DNA from: Octopus vulgaris
Taxonomy: Eukaryota
Assembly (NCBI GenBank): GCA_951406725.2
Contig: OX597816.1
Span: 131,316,001-131,380,000, forward strand
Length of the DNA stretch: 64,000 bases
Reading direction: 5' to 3'
The number at the start of each line of letters is the position of its first letter. Position 1 is the first letter of the stretch. The notes below the pieces were generated by a model, which saw only the letters and a list, made by a program, of their open reading frames with translations, was not told the origin of the DNA and did no database searches. Made by a program: the position numbers and the translations under genes. This document shows positions 1-11,664 of the stretch, in pieces.

Positions 1-1268
1 CTTAAATGGTGCTTTTTATGTGCCACATGCACAGGACCTCTCTTGAATGTTTTTTCACGTGCCACCAGCACAAGTGCCAGTAAGGCGACGCAGGTAATGA
101 TCATGCTCAAATGGTGATTTTTACGTGCCACCGGCACGGAGATCGGTTTGTTGCTCTGGCAATGATCATGCTCGTATGGTACTCTTAGCACTCAACTAGC
201 ATGGATGCCAGTCATCGAATTTGATTTTGATTTCACTTGCCTCAACAGGTCTTTGTACAAGTAGAGTTTAGTGTCCAATGAAGGAAAGGCACATATAAGT
301 GGGCTGGTTACACTCCTGGCATAAGCCACGGGTTATGGTCTCACTTGGGCTTGCAGTGTCTTCACAAGCATAGCATATTTCCAAAGGTCCCGGTCACTAG
401 TCATTTCCTCGGTGAGGCCCAATGTTCAAAACTCATGCTTCACCACCTCATCCCAGGTTTTCCTGAGTCTACCTCTTCCACAGATTCCCTCAACCGCTAG
501 GGTGTGGCATTTTTTCATACAGCTATCAACATCCATTCTCACCACATGACCATACCAGCGCAGTCATCTCTCTTGCACACCACATCTGCTGCTTCTTAGG
601 TCCAACTTTTCTCTCAAGGTACTAACACGCTGTCGAGTATGCACACTGACATTACACATCCATCGGAGCAAACTGGCTTCATTCCTTGCGAGCTTACACA
701 TGTCCTCAGCAGTCACAGCCCATGTTTTACTGCCATATAGCATGGCTGTTCGTACACGAGTCATACAGTCTACCTTGTACTCTGAGCAAGAGGCCCTTTG
801 TCACCAGCAGAGGTAAGAGCTCTCTGAACTTTGTCCAGGGTATTCTTATTCTAGCAGCAGCTACACCCTCCCCCGCTACTGACTTGGTCACCTAGGTAAC
901 AGAAGCTATCAACTACCTGTAGTTTTTCTCCCTGGAATGTGGCGGAAGTTGTTCTCTGCACATTTTCAGTGTTCATTGCTCTTGAGCATCTGCCACATAC
1001 AAAAACTATCTTCCCAGTTAGCCTTCCTTTGATATTGCTGCACCTCTTATGTGTCCATAGCTTACACTGGGTACATCTTATAGAGTTTCTACCTATGCCT
1101 TTTCTACAGATTGAGCAGGGCCATCTACCTGAAGGGATTTGTGGTTTGCCTGCCTTCCTACTTATTAGGACTTTGGTTTTAACTAGGTTGACTTTAAGGC
1201 CCTTCGATTCTAATCTTTGTTTCCACACTCGAAACTTCTCCTCTTGTTCTGATAGTGACTCAGCAATC
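1..1268 (-). mobile_element. RTE-clade LINE, 5'-truncated and degenerate (end of RT, Cys-rich segment, 3' UTR)
   Basis: ORFs 851-1318 and 564-764 give LKVNLVKTKVL, WPCSICRKG..CTQC..W.HKRC, FCYLG and AMLYGSKTW...LLRWMCNV, typical of the C-terminal half of RTE ORFs. Stops and frameshifts are present. 1-350 carries the tttacgtgccacc repeats of the same family's 3' UTR. Confidence 0.85.
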
Positions 1269-1483
1269 TTATTTGTTAATACCATGTTCAAATACAGTAT
1301 CTTCCTCAGTACACACACTTTTACTGTTGGAAAGATTATCTATCCAATAGCCATAGCAAGTGATGGAATTTGCTGGATCATGTGACATATTAAAATATAA
1401 AGGCGGCAGTACATAACAACTAAAAAAAGACAAAGAATTAAATTAGAAAAAAATATGTATTATGATATATATGTATTATAATG

Positions 1484-1528
<45 letters not shown>

Positions 1529-1529
1529 C

Positions 1530-1921
1530 TTTTACTTGTTTCAGTTATTTGACTGTGGCCATGCTGGAGCACCACATTACAGTTTTTTTTTTGAATGGAG
1601 AAATCAACACCAGGACTTATTCTTTGTAAGCCTAGTACTTATTCTGTTGATCTCTTTTGCCAAACCGCTAAGTTACAGGGACATAAAAACACCAACATCG
1701 GTTGTCAAGTGATGGTGGGAGGAGGGGGCGTGCAAACTCTCATAAACATATACATATATATGAAGGGCTTCTTTCCATTTCTGTCTACCAAATCCCCTCA
1801 CAAGGCTTTGGTTGACCCAAGGCTATAGCAGGAGACACTTGCCCATGGTGCCATACAGTGAGACTGAAACCTGAACCATGTTTTTAGGAACCAAACTTCT
1901 TACCACACAGCCATGCTTGCA
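1530..1921 (-). mobile_element. tRNA-derived SINE
   Basis: The reverse complement starts TGGCTGTGTGG (A-box-like) and GGTTCAGGTTTCAGTC (B-box-like), followed by the cttgggcaagtgtc..gatttggtagac body repeated many times in the window. Confidence 0.8.
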
Positions 1922-1926
1922 TCTAA

Positions 1927-1957
<31 letters not shown>

Positions 1958-1960
1958 TAT

Positions 1961-2340
1961 CATCATCATCATTATTTAATGTTTGTTGTCTGTGCTGGCA
2001 TGGGATGGATGGTTTGATAGGGCTGACATGCTGGAAGGCTGAACCAGACTCCAGTCTGATATGGCATGATTTCTACTGCAGGATGCCCTCCTAATACCAA
2101 CAACTCTGAGAGTGTAATGGGTGCTTTTACATGCCACTGGGGTGCGTTTACATGCCACCAGCATAGGTGACAATTTGCATGGCACTGGTATCTGCCATGA
2201 CTGTGATTTTGCTCAGCTTGATGGGTCTTTTTCTCAAGCATGACATAATGCCAAAGGTCTCAGTCATTGCCTCTGCGAGGCCCAACACTCGAAAGAAACT
2301 CAGCCACTTTGCCTTCATGAGGCCCAATGCTCAAAAGGAA
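1961..2340 (-). mobile_element. RTE 3'-end-derived element with (GAT)n tail
   Basis: catcatcatcattatttaatgt..gcatgggatggatgg..ggatgccctcctaataccaacaactc, the same tail family as 2414, 11912, 48221 and 60370. Inserted in (TA)n. Confidence 0.7.
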
Positions 2341-2413
2341 ATATATATATATATATGTACACACACACACATATATATATATACACAAATATATATATAT
2401 ATATATATATATA

Positions 2414-3601
2414 TCATCATCATCGTCGTTTAACGTCCGTTCTCCATGCTAGCATGGGTTGGACGGTTCGACCGGGGTTCTGGGAAGCCAGAAGGCTGCA
2501 CCAGGCTCCAGTCTACTGGCAATGTTTCTACCGCTGGATGCCCTTCCTAACGCCAACCACTCCGTGAGTGTAGTGGGTGCTTTTTACGTGCCACCTGCAC
2601 AGGTGCCAGGCGGGGCTGGCAACGGCCACGGTCAGATTGGTGTATTTTATGTGCCACCGGCACGGAAGCCAGTCGAGGCGGTGCTGGCATCGGCCACGAG
2701 TCGGATAGTGCTTTTTACGTACCACCAGACCAGGGATCCTGGCTGGTTCAATTCGATTTCGATTTCGCTTGCCCCAACATGTCTTCACAAGCAAAGGGGG
2801 TTGGCAAGGGTGCCTGTCATACGGTCGCATTGGAGTATTTTACGTGCCACGGCCACGAGTCGGATAGTGCTTTTTACGTACCACCAGACCAGGGATCCTG
2901 GCTGGTTCAATGACTGCTGAGGACATGCGTAAGCTCATGAGGAATGAAGCCAGTATGCTCCGATGGATGTGTAATGTCAGTGTACATACTCGACAGAGCG
3001 TTAGCACCTTGAGAGAAATGTTGTACCTAAGAAGCATCAGTTGTGGTGTGCAAGAGAGACGATTGCGCTGGTATGGTCATGTGGCGAGAATGGATGAAGA
3101 TAGGTGTGTGAGAAAGTGCCAATCCCTAGCAGTTGAGGGAACCCGTGGAAGAGGTAGACCCAGGAAAACCTGGGATGAGGTGGTGAAGCACGACCTTCGA
3201 ACTTTAGGCCTCACTGAGGAAATGACCAGAGACCGAGACCTTTGGAAATATTCTGTACGTGAGAAGACCAGGCAGGACAAGTGAGCCCAGCCCACTTATG
3301 AATGCCTTTCCTCCCTTGGACACAAAGACCGGTTGAGGCAAGCGAAGTCGATATAGAACCTCATCCAACGACAGACACCCATGCCAACCCCCCATGCTTG
3401 CGAAGACATGTTGGGGCAAGCGAAATCGAAATCGAAACCGAATTGAACCAGCCAGGATCCCTGGCCTGGTGGTACGTAAAAAGCACAATCCGACTCGTGG
3501 CCGTGGCACGTAAAATACTCCAATGTGACCGTACGACAGGCACCCATGCCAACCCCCTTTGCTTGTGAAGACATGTTGGGGCAAGCGAAATCGAAATCGA
3601 A
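2414..3601. mobile_element. Young RTE insertion with 5' inversion: 3' UTR and tail on - (2414-2911), RT end and upstream UTR on + (2910-3601)
   Basis: ORF 2910-3284 (RRLRWYGHVARM, RGRGRPRKTW) is the RTE ORF C-terminus on +. The (CAT)n tail at 2414 is on -. A 159-bp UTR repeat occurs in both orientations, CpGs are intact, and (TA)n flanks both sides. Confidence 0.85.
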
Positions 3602-3712
3602 ATATATATATACATATATATATTGATAGAAATGGCAAAACAACAAAAGAATGAAAGAGACCTCGATAAATAGAGGAATTTATCTGTAAATATAATGTGA
3701 CAATTATTCTGC

Positions 3713-3785
3713 AGCCATGGTAAAACTCCAAGTTTCGGATGTCGGGGTGGAAACCCACGCCGGCATCTCTTCAGTTATTGGGCCA
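3713..3785 (-). ncRNA. Minimal type I hammerhead ribozyme motif
   Basis: Minus strand TGGCCCAATAA-CTGAAGA-GATGCCGGCGTGG GTTT CCACCCCGACATCC-GAAAC-TTGGA-GTT-TTACCATGGCT: catalytic core, long stem II, short stem III, GUU site and imperfect stem I. Confidence 0.6.
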
Positions 3786-4248
3786 TCGAAAAATGCTATG
3801 AAAATGACCATTAAACAAAGGGAAATTACTGTATAATTGACAGTTATTAAGACAAAAGAGCTATTGGAATGACTGCTAAGTAAGGGGAAGGAGTAAAGGT
3901 AAGGGAGTAAGAATGTTCATAGTAATCACGTAAGCATGCATGTCCATACATACACATGCGTGTCCGCACACCCACATATGTGCACCTATATGTATTTACT
4001 CATCCACCCTCACATGAAACATACACACACTCAACCACACATTCGCCAAAAGTATATACATACCCGCATACACGCTCGCACACACACATGCACACAAAAA
4101 AGGTTCATATTTACGCGATTACTATGAACATTTTTACTCCCTCCCCTTACTTAGCAGTCATTCTAATAGCTCTTTTGTCTTAATAACGGCCAATCACACA
4201 GTAATTTCCCTTTGTTTTAACTGTCAATTTTCATGGCATTATTTTTGA

Positions 4249-4310
4249 TGGCCCAATAACTGAGGAGATGCCAGTGTGGGTTTCTGAAACTTGGAGTTTT
4301 ATCATGGCTA
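4249..4310 (+). ncRNA. Hammerhead ribozyme motif, second copy, 3' half of stem II deleted
   Basis: TGGCCCAATAA-CTGAGGA-GATGCCAGTGTGGGTTTCT-GAAAC-TTGGA-GTT-TTATCATGGCTA. Stem I is ATAA/TTAT plus TGGCC/GGCTA. Confidence 0.5.
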
Positions 4311-4339
4311 CCGAATAATTATTACATATTATATTTACA

Positions 4340-4434
4340 GATATATATATATATATGATAATGATTATGATGTTGGTATATTTATATATATATCGTGATG
4401 ATGATGATATATATATAGATATATTTATACATAT

Positions 4435-4469
<35 letters not shown>

Positions 4470-4812
4470 ATATATACATATGTATATATACAAGTATATA
4501 GACACACACATATATAATTTAAGAAAATGAAGAGATTTAATGGATATAAATTAATTTATTAAAACTGTTGATAAATTAATTTATACCTGTTAAATCTCTC
4601 CATATTTTTTTACTTAATAATGTTTGATATTTATAATATACCTATTTTTTATATTGACGAGATATTTCTCAACAATATAATATATTAAACCAGTGTAACT
4701 TGGATGAAACCATCACCACAAGAGGTTTATTTATCCTCCTAGTGACTGAAAACTATATATATATATATAACAATACATACATTCATATATATATACACGT
4801 TATGTTTATATT

Positions 4813-4860
<48 letters not shown>

Positions 4861-5070
4861 TAGATAAATGGAGTTGAATGCAGAACAACTCCATTTATTT
4901 ACTTATACTACACAAATTACTGCACATTAACCCGGAGTTTCTACCTTTGAATAGGTCGCTTCATTCGTGTTATTTGCACGAATTTTGCTACCCTGGTAAC
5001 TGTTTATTGAATTTTCCATGTTAACGATAAACAAAGGTTAATTCATTCATCCATTTACATATTCTTCTAC

Positions 5071-5114
<44 letters not shown>

Positions 5115-5125
5115 GTATGTGTATG
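4340..5125. repeat. (TA)n and (TATG)n microsatellite-rich region with interspersed degenerate elements
   Basis: Long TA runs at about 4341-4500, 4817-4856 and 5073-5120. Confidence 0.85.
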
Positions 5126-6754
5126 ATGTTATATTTCCCATTATATCATGAGGCTTGATTCCAAAAAGCCAAGTGTTAATATTGAAAGGAAAGATAATTT
5201 ACAAACTGAGTAAATAAATTTGCTGTGTTGTTATGGTAACCAGGCTTGAGTCAATTAGTATTCTACATATCCTCTCTGAGTACCATGACAACCACAGTTA
5301 CATTAATTAGGATTTCATAAGTCATTTCTTGATCAAAATCCTCAAGATATAATTACAGCATCCTCTTCAGAGAATGCTACACAAAATCTTAGTGACCCTA
5401 CTTAAGAGGTAAATCTACAAAATTAACCAATATCAATTGCAGCTCATTGTTTCAGGAATGGAATGTTGTCAATGGTTAATAGCCTAACATAAATAAAATT
5501 AGTGAGCAATATGTGAGATCATACTCATGGCCGATGTCGGTGTCACATCAATGGCATTCATGCCAGTGGCAAGTAAAAAGCACCCACTACACTCTTGGAG
5601 TGGTCAACATTAAGAAGGGCATCCAGCTGTAGAGACCATGCCAAATCAGAATGGAATCTGGTGCAGCTCCCCAGCTTACCAGTTTTCAGTCAAACCATCC
5701 AACCCATGGCAGCATGGAAAGCAGACGTTATATGATGATGATGACATTAATGAGACAGAAATACAACAGCTAACAGAGTCATTCACAAGACTTTGGCAGG
5801 GGACTATAGTAGATGGACAATACCTCAGCTCATCTGCTATAGTCCCAGTTTCCACATGGTTGGAAAACATACCACTTAACCACATTGCCATTGAGTGATA
5901 AAGCAAAAAAAAAAACAAAAAAAGGAAAAATGCAGAAAGAACTTCAGTTGTATGGAATTTTCAAATAGTGGCTCTTGGTTTATTTATCTATGAATTTGGC
6001 TTCTTTTTTTTTAAATGGTGGAATCTTGTCATACACTTAAAATCTTACATCTGATATCAAGAAGATTAAAAACTAATTCTATTTTCTGACAAAAATAATA
6101 ATCTATATGAATTAGACCTAAATATATATGGAAGCTCTCAAAAACTATAAAAAGACAACTAGTTAAAGTTACAATGACATTAATATAAAATTTAAATATA
6201 TATAAAAGTGGCTAAATATATTACTAACAAAGTAGGATTATATAACAGAAATTAATGTTGATCTAGGCAAGTAGTTTGTATTACAGTAAAGGATCATGAA
6301 GATAATTCTGACATCAACTCTAGATTTAGTCTTATATACCCAGTTAAAACAGAAGTTAGAATAATCAGTATCCTATTTAAAGTTTTAGAAAGTAGCAAAC
6401 TAATCTTGCTTAAACTTCCCCTGTGCAGGCTGCAGCTCCACAGGATATACAGGATGCCAGCATTTTTAAGCTACAATAACTACAGAACCTATTGATTCTT
6501 AGTATAACCAACAAATTCTTCATCAGAATAGTTCTGTAAAGGTTTCAGAAATTTACAGACTATATCCTGTGTTACAATGAGTTTTCTGCACCAACAGGTC
6601 CACCATTGACATAAATTAGTCAGTGTAACTTCCATTGACCTAACAAAAACCTTTGTCCTCACCAATACAGAGAGCCTGTTTATGATGTTACCACTCAATG
6701 GTTACCATATAAGCACACACACACAAGTATAAGTGTGTGTATATAAAAATAAAT

Positions 6755-6967
6755 GAAGGGATGCTGAAAAGTTCCGGGCTTTGAAGAAAAGAAAATACAG
6801 GAAAACCAGTTAATTATGATTTTATTCAGCATATTCCCCTCCCAGATTCACATTTATTGCAGCAGACATTCAGGTTCTCTAAGCCCTGTAAAAGAACTCA
6901 GGTTAGGCCTCCAACCAAACCTTTCACGATACCCTTAAAGCCAGGAACTTTTCAGCACCACCTCATA
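6755..6967. mobile_element. Mariner-derived MITE
   Basis: TIRs gaagggatgctgaaaagttccgggcttt / aaagccaggaacttttcagcaccacctc. The interior carries the mariner transposase C-terminal GEYVE-stop-like motif. Other copies at 41408-41623 and 38850-38965. Confidence 0.75.
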
Positions 6968-7789
6968 TGCATGCACAAAATCTAGAGACTGAGAAACTCG
7001 GAAGCATGATGAAAACTCCTAAGCCTTGATGTCAACACTGTGAAGACCAAAATGTTAGAGTGAATACATAATCTCGGTGACATCCAGAAAGTTATTTTGC
7101 TTCTTATGTAGAAAAGTCATTGGTAGGAATTCAGTACAGAAGAAAGGAATAGAAAAGTGAGATGCATTGGGATTTCTGAGACTGACAGCATCAGGGTATT
7201 AGATCTTAAAGATACACAAGTGCACTTCAGTAATAGGTGCATCTATGAAGTGCTCATGTGTCTCACTAGACATTGTTAAATAATTTCTGCTACTAATTAG
7301 TGTTGATTGTGTTTGTAGCAATATTATCATTGCTAGAGGTCAAAAGAGAAAGAAGTTCTCAAGAGCTCCTGATACTGACATGACTAGGAAGCCAAGAGGC
7401 TCCCTTCCATCTGAATCACCACATCATCTTGCAATAAGAAGCATAGAGGTTTGAAAGCAGTGATAAACTCTCCTAAAGGACAAGAAGTAAAGGAAGAAGG
7501 GATAAAAGAAATGTGGCTAAAATAGGGAGTTAAGACCCATGAAGTGAGACACATCCCAACCTAGGGTGACATGAGATTCATGGTTGCATCAAATACCAAT
7601 AAGTAATTGATGAGAATAATATATGGTAAGAAGGAAGATGAGGTTGTTAAGGGGGAAGAAACAGGACCAGAACTCAAAAGACACTCTGACGATATACTAC
7701 TTATGATAACCTCATTGAAACTGAAATGCTTAGAGGACATGGGATGCCTTTTACTTTGTCTTATACATCCCAGGATGTTTACTAACACT

Positions 7790-8290
7790 TTTGGATGTAT
7801 CATGTTCCAATATAAAGTGTAGAAACTAGTTGTTATAAGTTACTCCAATCTTTTGGACTGTATTTAACATTGTGTGCCCTGAGGTACTTTTTATGATCTT
7901 GTTAATTTTAATCATGTATAAAGCTCCAATTATTATTGGTATTGTTTTGCTTGTTTGAATTCCAAGTTCCTGGTACTTTGTCAATTTCTCTTCTTCCTTC
8001 TGGGCAATGTTTTGATCGTTGGAGTATAGACATTTTCATTCCAGTTTTTGAGATTAAAATCTGGATGTTTTGTCTTGATCCCCTTGTCAGCCAGAACAGG
8101 CATATTCCAGATAATTGTGATCAGGTCGTTGTCATGTAGTACATTTGGTATATATTTATACTGCTTCTTATGCATTTTTACAATGGATATAGCTGATGGC
8201 TCCATTGTATCCATGCAAACTAGGCAAAGATTGGGCAACCAGAAAAGATATGTTTATTTGTTTCATTGTACTGATTGCACATGGTGTTAT
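7790..8290 (-). mobile_element. Degenerate RLE-type (R4/NeSL-like) non-LTR retrotransposon 3' fragment
   Basis: Translation KYIPNVLHDNDLITIIWNMPVLADKGIKTKHPD, then in other frames EKLTKYQEL and IPIILEL/GAL. This resembles the W..TD..I..RPD / EK..KY / IP.IIGALG restriction-like endonuclease motifs. Confidence 0.6.
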
Positions 8291-8952
8291 CCATTTTCAG
8301 TATTATTACTAAAGCAATGGATAGGTAGAATTGTTAGACCATCATACATAATGTCTTCTCTTATTTATTCTGATTAACATTTTGAATACAAACGTTTCAG
8401 AGGTCAACTTTGCCTTTCATTCTTCCTGGCTACTGAAATAAAGTATCAGTCAAGTATGGGAATCAAGTCCTTCCTAGATGCTAAAATAAAGTATGGAGAT
8501 CTGTTTAATCAATTATATATCTCTTTCCCCAAATTTCTGGCTTGTGCCTGTTTTAGAAACAATCACTATCATTAAATGGGAGAATAACAATGGCATAAAG
8601 GCATTTCATTATATAAGTTTATTTCTCTCCTTACTTTTTGAATTCAAATCCTACCAAGGACCATTTTACCTGCCATTTTTTGGGGTTGTGAACAAACACG
8701 TTAGGTTGATTCAATCAACTTTACCCTTCTTCATATTGTCTTGGGACCATATGAAAAATTACGGTAATAATAATTATAATAATGAGGCTGCTGGAGTGAT
8801 AGAAATAGTATGCTAAATTAAATGTGATATTGAGTTCAAATTTCAGTGAGACTGATTTTCTCACTAGTTTTGCAGGATCAATAAAATAATATATTAGGCT
8901 TGTTTCAATCAACTTCACTCTCTTCTTACAAATTTGTGGTCTTGTGTTAAAG

Positions 8953-9120
8953 CTGTGGTTCCCAACCTGTGTACGCAAAGGTAGTACTGGAGGTCCGTGA
9001 ACTAAATTCAAAATGTCATATATATACATATACATAAGGATAAGCATATTAAAAGGGGTCAGTGGGAAAACTCATTTAAATAAAAGGGGTCCTAGGTAGT
9101 GAAAAGGTCGGGAACCATTA
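8953..9120. mobile_element. hAT-type MITE with 8-bp TSD
   Basis: Ends ctgtggttcccaacct / aggtcgggaaccatta. TSD tgttaaag at 8945-8952 and 9121-9128. Confidence 0.8.
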
Positions 9121-10399
9121 TGTTAAAGTTAGAAATTATTATTATTATAGTTCGGATACAAACGGTGTCTCAAAGACTCTTTCTAGACTTATGAAATTAA
9201 CCAATCAAAACTCACCACTGCAGTAACTGCCAACAAATATCAATTTGCAGCAACGCGTCCATTCACAGAGGCTGTGAAACATATCATAACTATCATCACA
9301 TGATGCACCACTGTTATATGCATTAAGGGTGGGTGTGTGTGTCGAATTTTGTTAATTTTTTTTTTATATATTACATACTTGTCTGGCATATACCAGCAAA
9401 GACTAAATTACAACAGAACTCATTATTTGTGTCCTTGCATGAGCACTGTTTGACTTTTCTTTGGCTCACTCGCTCTCAATCTGAGCAAATTCACGTAGTA
9501 TATCTAAAGACCCATACCCAGCCCTAGTTGATAAATCAGTATTGCTAGTTTGTTCTCACTTCTTTATACACGATTATAAATATCAAAAGTATCAAGATGG
9601 TAGAAATCCTAGTACAATGAACCAAACGCTGGAATGAATTTTGAGTTTTATATCCCTTCAAGTGGAAAAGTGAGAGCCAGTAATATACTGGAATTGATTC
9701 GAACAATGTCACAACCAAAGAAAAGACTATTATAAGCATTGAAACGTGCCCCATGAAGCTAAATAATCCAAACAAGGGGCGAACAACTGTTTATTTACAT
9801 TGTTACAAAATATAAACTATGAAATAAGAGATAAAGTGATAATTGTTACATTTTTTCATTTTTTAAAAAGTTTTATTCTGTCAACCTTTGTTGTTTCTTG
9901 CACAAGTGTTATAAGCGAAATATGAACATTGTAAAAGCAAAATTAAACTTGTCTGCAAGAGTTTAGCAGAAACAATTTTGCCAAACGAGCAGATGATTTC
10001 ATTCGAATAGATCTAAACTTTTACTTTCGAAAATGTGATTTCCTTTATCACCTGTAAAAAGCAGATAAATTATATGTGACTGCTACTGAAATTGATTACT
10101 TTAGAGTTGGTGAAATCATGATTAAAGCAGTCAAGGCTGAATGAAAGGCGTCAATTAATTGAAGACACCTGTAGTACAGAGAGTAGCGTGCATTCATACA
10201 GACTAATGTTGTGTATGCATATATATATGTGTGCATGTATAATTGAGTGTGCGCTAACACATTAAAAGCAGTCTTACATGCACGCAACGGTAAAAGAAAT
10301 TAATAGCAATAAAGCATCTTAGTAAATAATTAAAGTGCAAAAGAATATTTAAATCAATAAGCTGCAAGTAAATAAATGGTTATGTGAAAAGTTTATAGG

Positions 10400-10561
10400 G
10401 AGACTTTTTGAACGGTTGACTGTTTTCTTTCCATCGCGGCTATCGGTGTCTTCCGAAAAATCAACAAAGGCCGCTTTGCCAGTGAAAATAATAATAAAAA
10501 GCTTCAGCCATCATCCAGATATCTTCAGAAGCCGCACAGCAATCGACATTTACCAACTTCG
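10400..10561 (+). promoter_or_regulatory. Probable CpG-rich promoter and non-coding first exon of the LRRC14-like gene
   Basis: Local CpG enrichment and a strong donor CG|GTAAGT at 10561/10562. The first coding exon (16377) begins with an acceptor, so an upstream exon is needed. The link between the two is inferred. Confidence 0.5.
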
Positions 10562-11664
10562 GTAAGTTGCATTGATATTAGTCTGTCTCTGCACTGTTGT
10601 AGCACGACATAAGTTAGAGTGGGAGAAAGTGTTAATGAGTGATAGTACTATTTTATTCTTTCTTTCTTTAATTACATTTAAAATAATAATAGTAATAACA
10701 ACAAATGAATCTAGCAAGACTCCGAGTGGCTCAATATTTTTTGCTAGTATGTTGTTTATGGAGTTCAGTTCATTAGAAGGAAGTTCAGATCAGTCGCGCA
10801 GAATGTTTATTGAAATAAATCATCTGTAAGTACGTGTTATGAATAATAAATCATAGCTTCGACAGAAGACACGTGCATCCATTCTAATTCTTGATCTGTC
10901 TATATATACAATGATAAAATCGGTATATTTACAGTATGATGTGTAAGAATTGAGCACTTATAATGCTAATATTTAAACAAACATCAGCAATTGAGTTTAA
11001 TAACAATCATTACGTTAATTTCTTAAATAAAACGCTTTAATTTTTATAAAAAATTATTATTTGCATTTTTACTATTCGCGTTATATTTGAATGTTAACCA
11101 CAATTCGTAGCTTATTAACTGTTTTGAGGGGTTCCTCTGTATGGGTAAGTATTAATTAGGTTTTATTGTTTGTTGTCTCAGCAGTTACGCTTCGATCTTA
11201 TGTTCACTAAATTAGTAAAAATGCATGTAAGAAACATGTTTCAAGCATAGAAATGAATAGTTCAGAAAATGAACTTTTTAAAACGTGTTTTCTTCGAGCT
11301 ACAAATCTTAAGTTTCCGTCTTGCTTTTGACGCCATTTTTTTAGTTTCTTTTGATAATGTCGATAAATAATGAAAACGAACTCTTTATTGATTTTAGTGA
11401 AGCCTATCTAGATATTTCGAACCTGTCTTAAGTTTTAAAGATATATTTAAATACTTTTAAAATATCTAGAGTTTATCGAAGAAATATTTAAAACAATCTC
11501 AGAGAAGTTTTATGGCAAAATTTTAACCGGTTTCTTGAGATTACTTCCCTTGGATTGGAAATTTTCTATTTCTGAAGTTTGTTTTTCTTTTTGTTATTGA
11601 TAGCACAATCTTAATATTTTTTGCTCTTGGAATATTTTCCCCAACTTTCCATTGTTGACTATCT

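Larger units (their letters stand above)
3615..4343. mobile_element. Pair of inverted Penelope-like pLTR-type repeats around a (CA/TA)-rich spacer
   Basis: 3681-3933 is a diverged reverse complement of 4111-4343, and each arm contains a CTGANGA..GAAAC..GTT hammerhead motif. The Penelope assignment is inferred from the minimal hammerhead; no ORF is seen. Confidence 0.6.

Noticed and set aside
6420-6710. Non-repetitive stretch with a 69-aa minus ORF
   Set aside because: No recognisable domain, TTG start and no clear exon boundaries.
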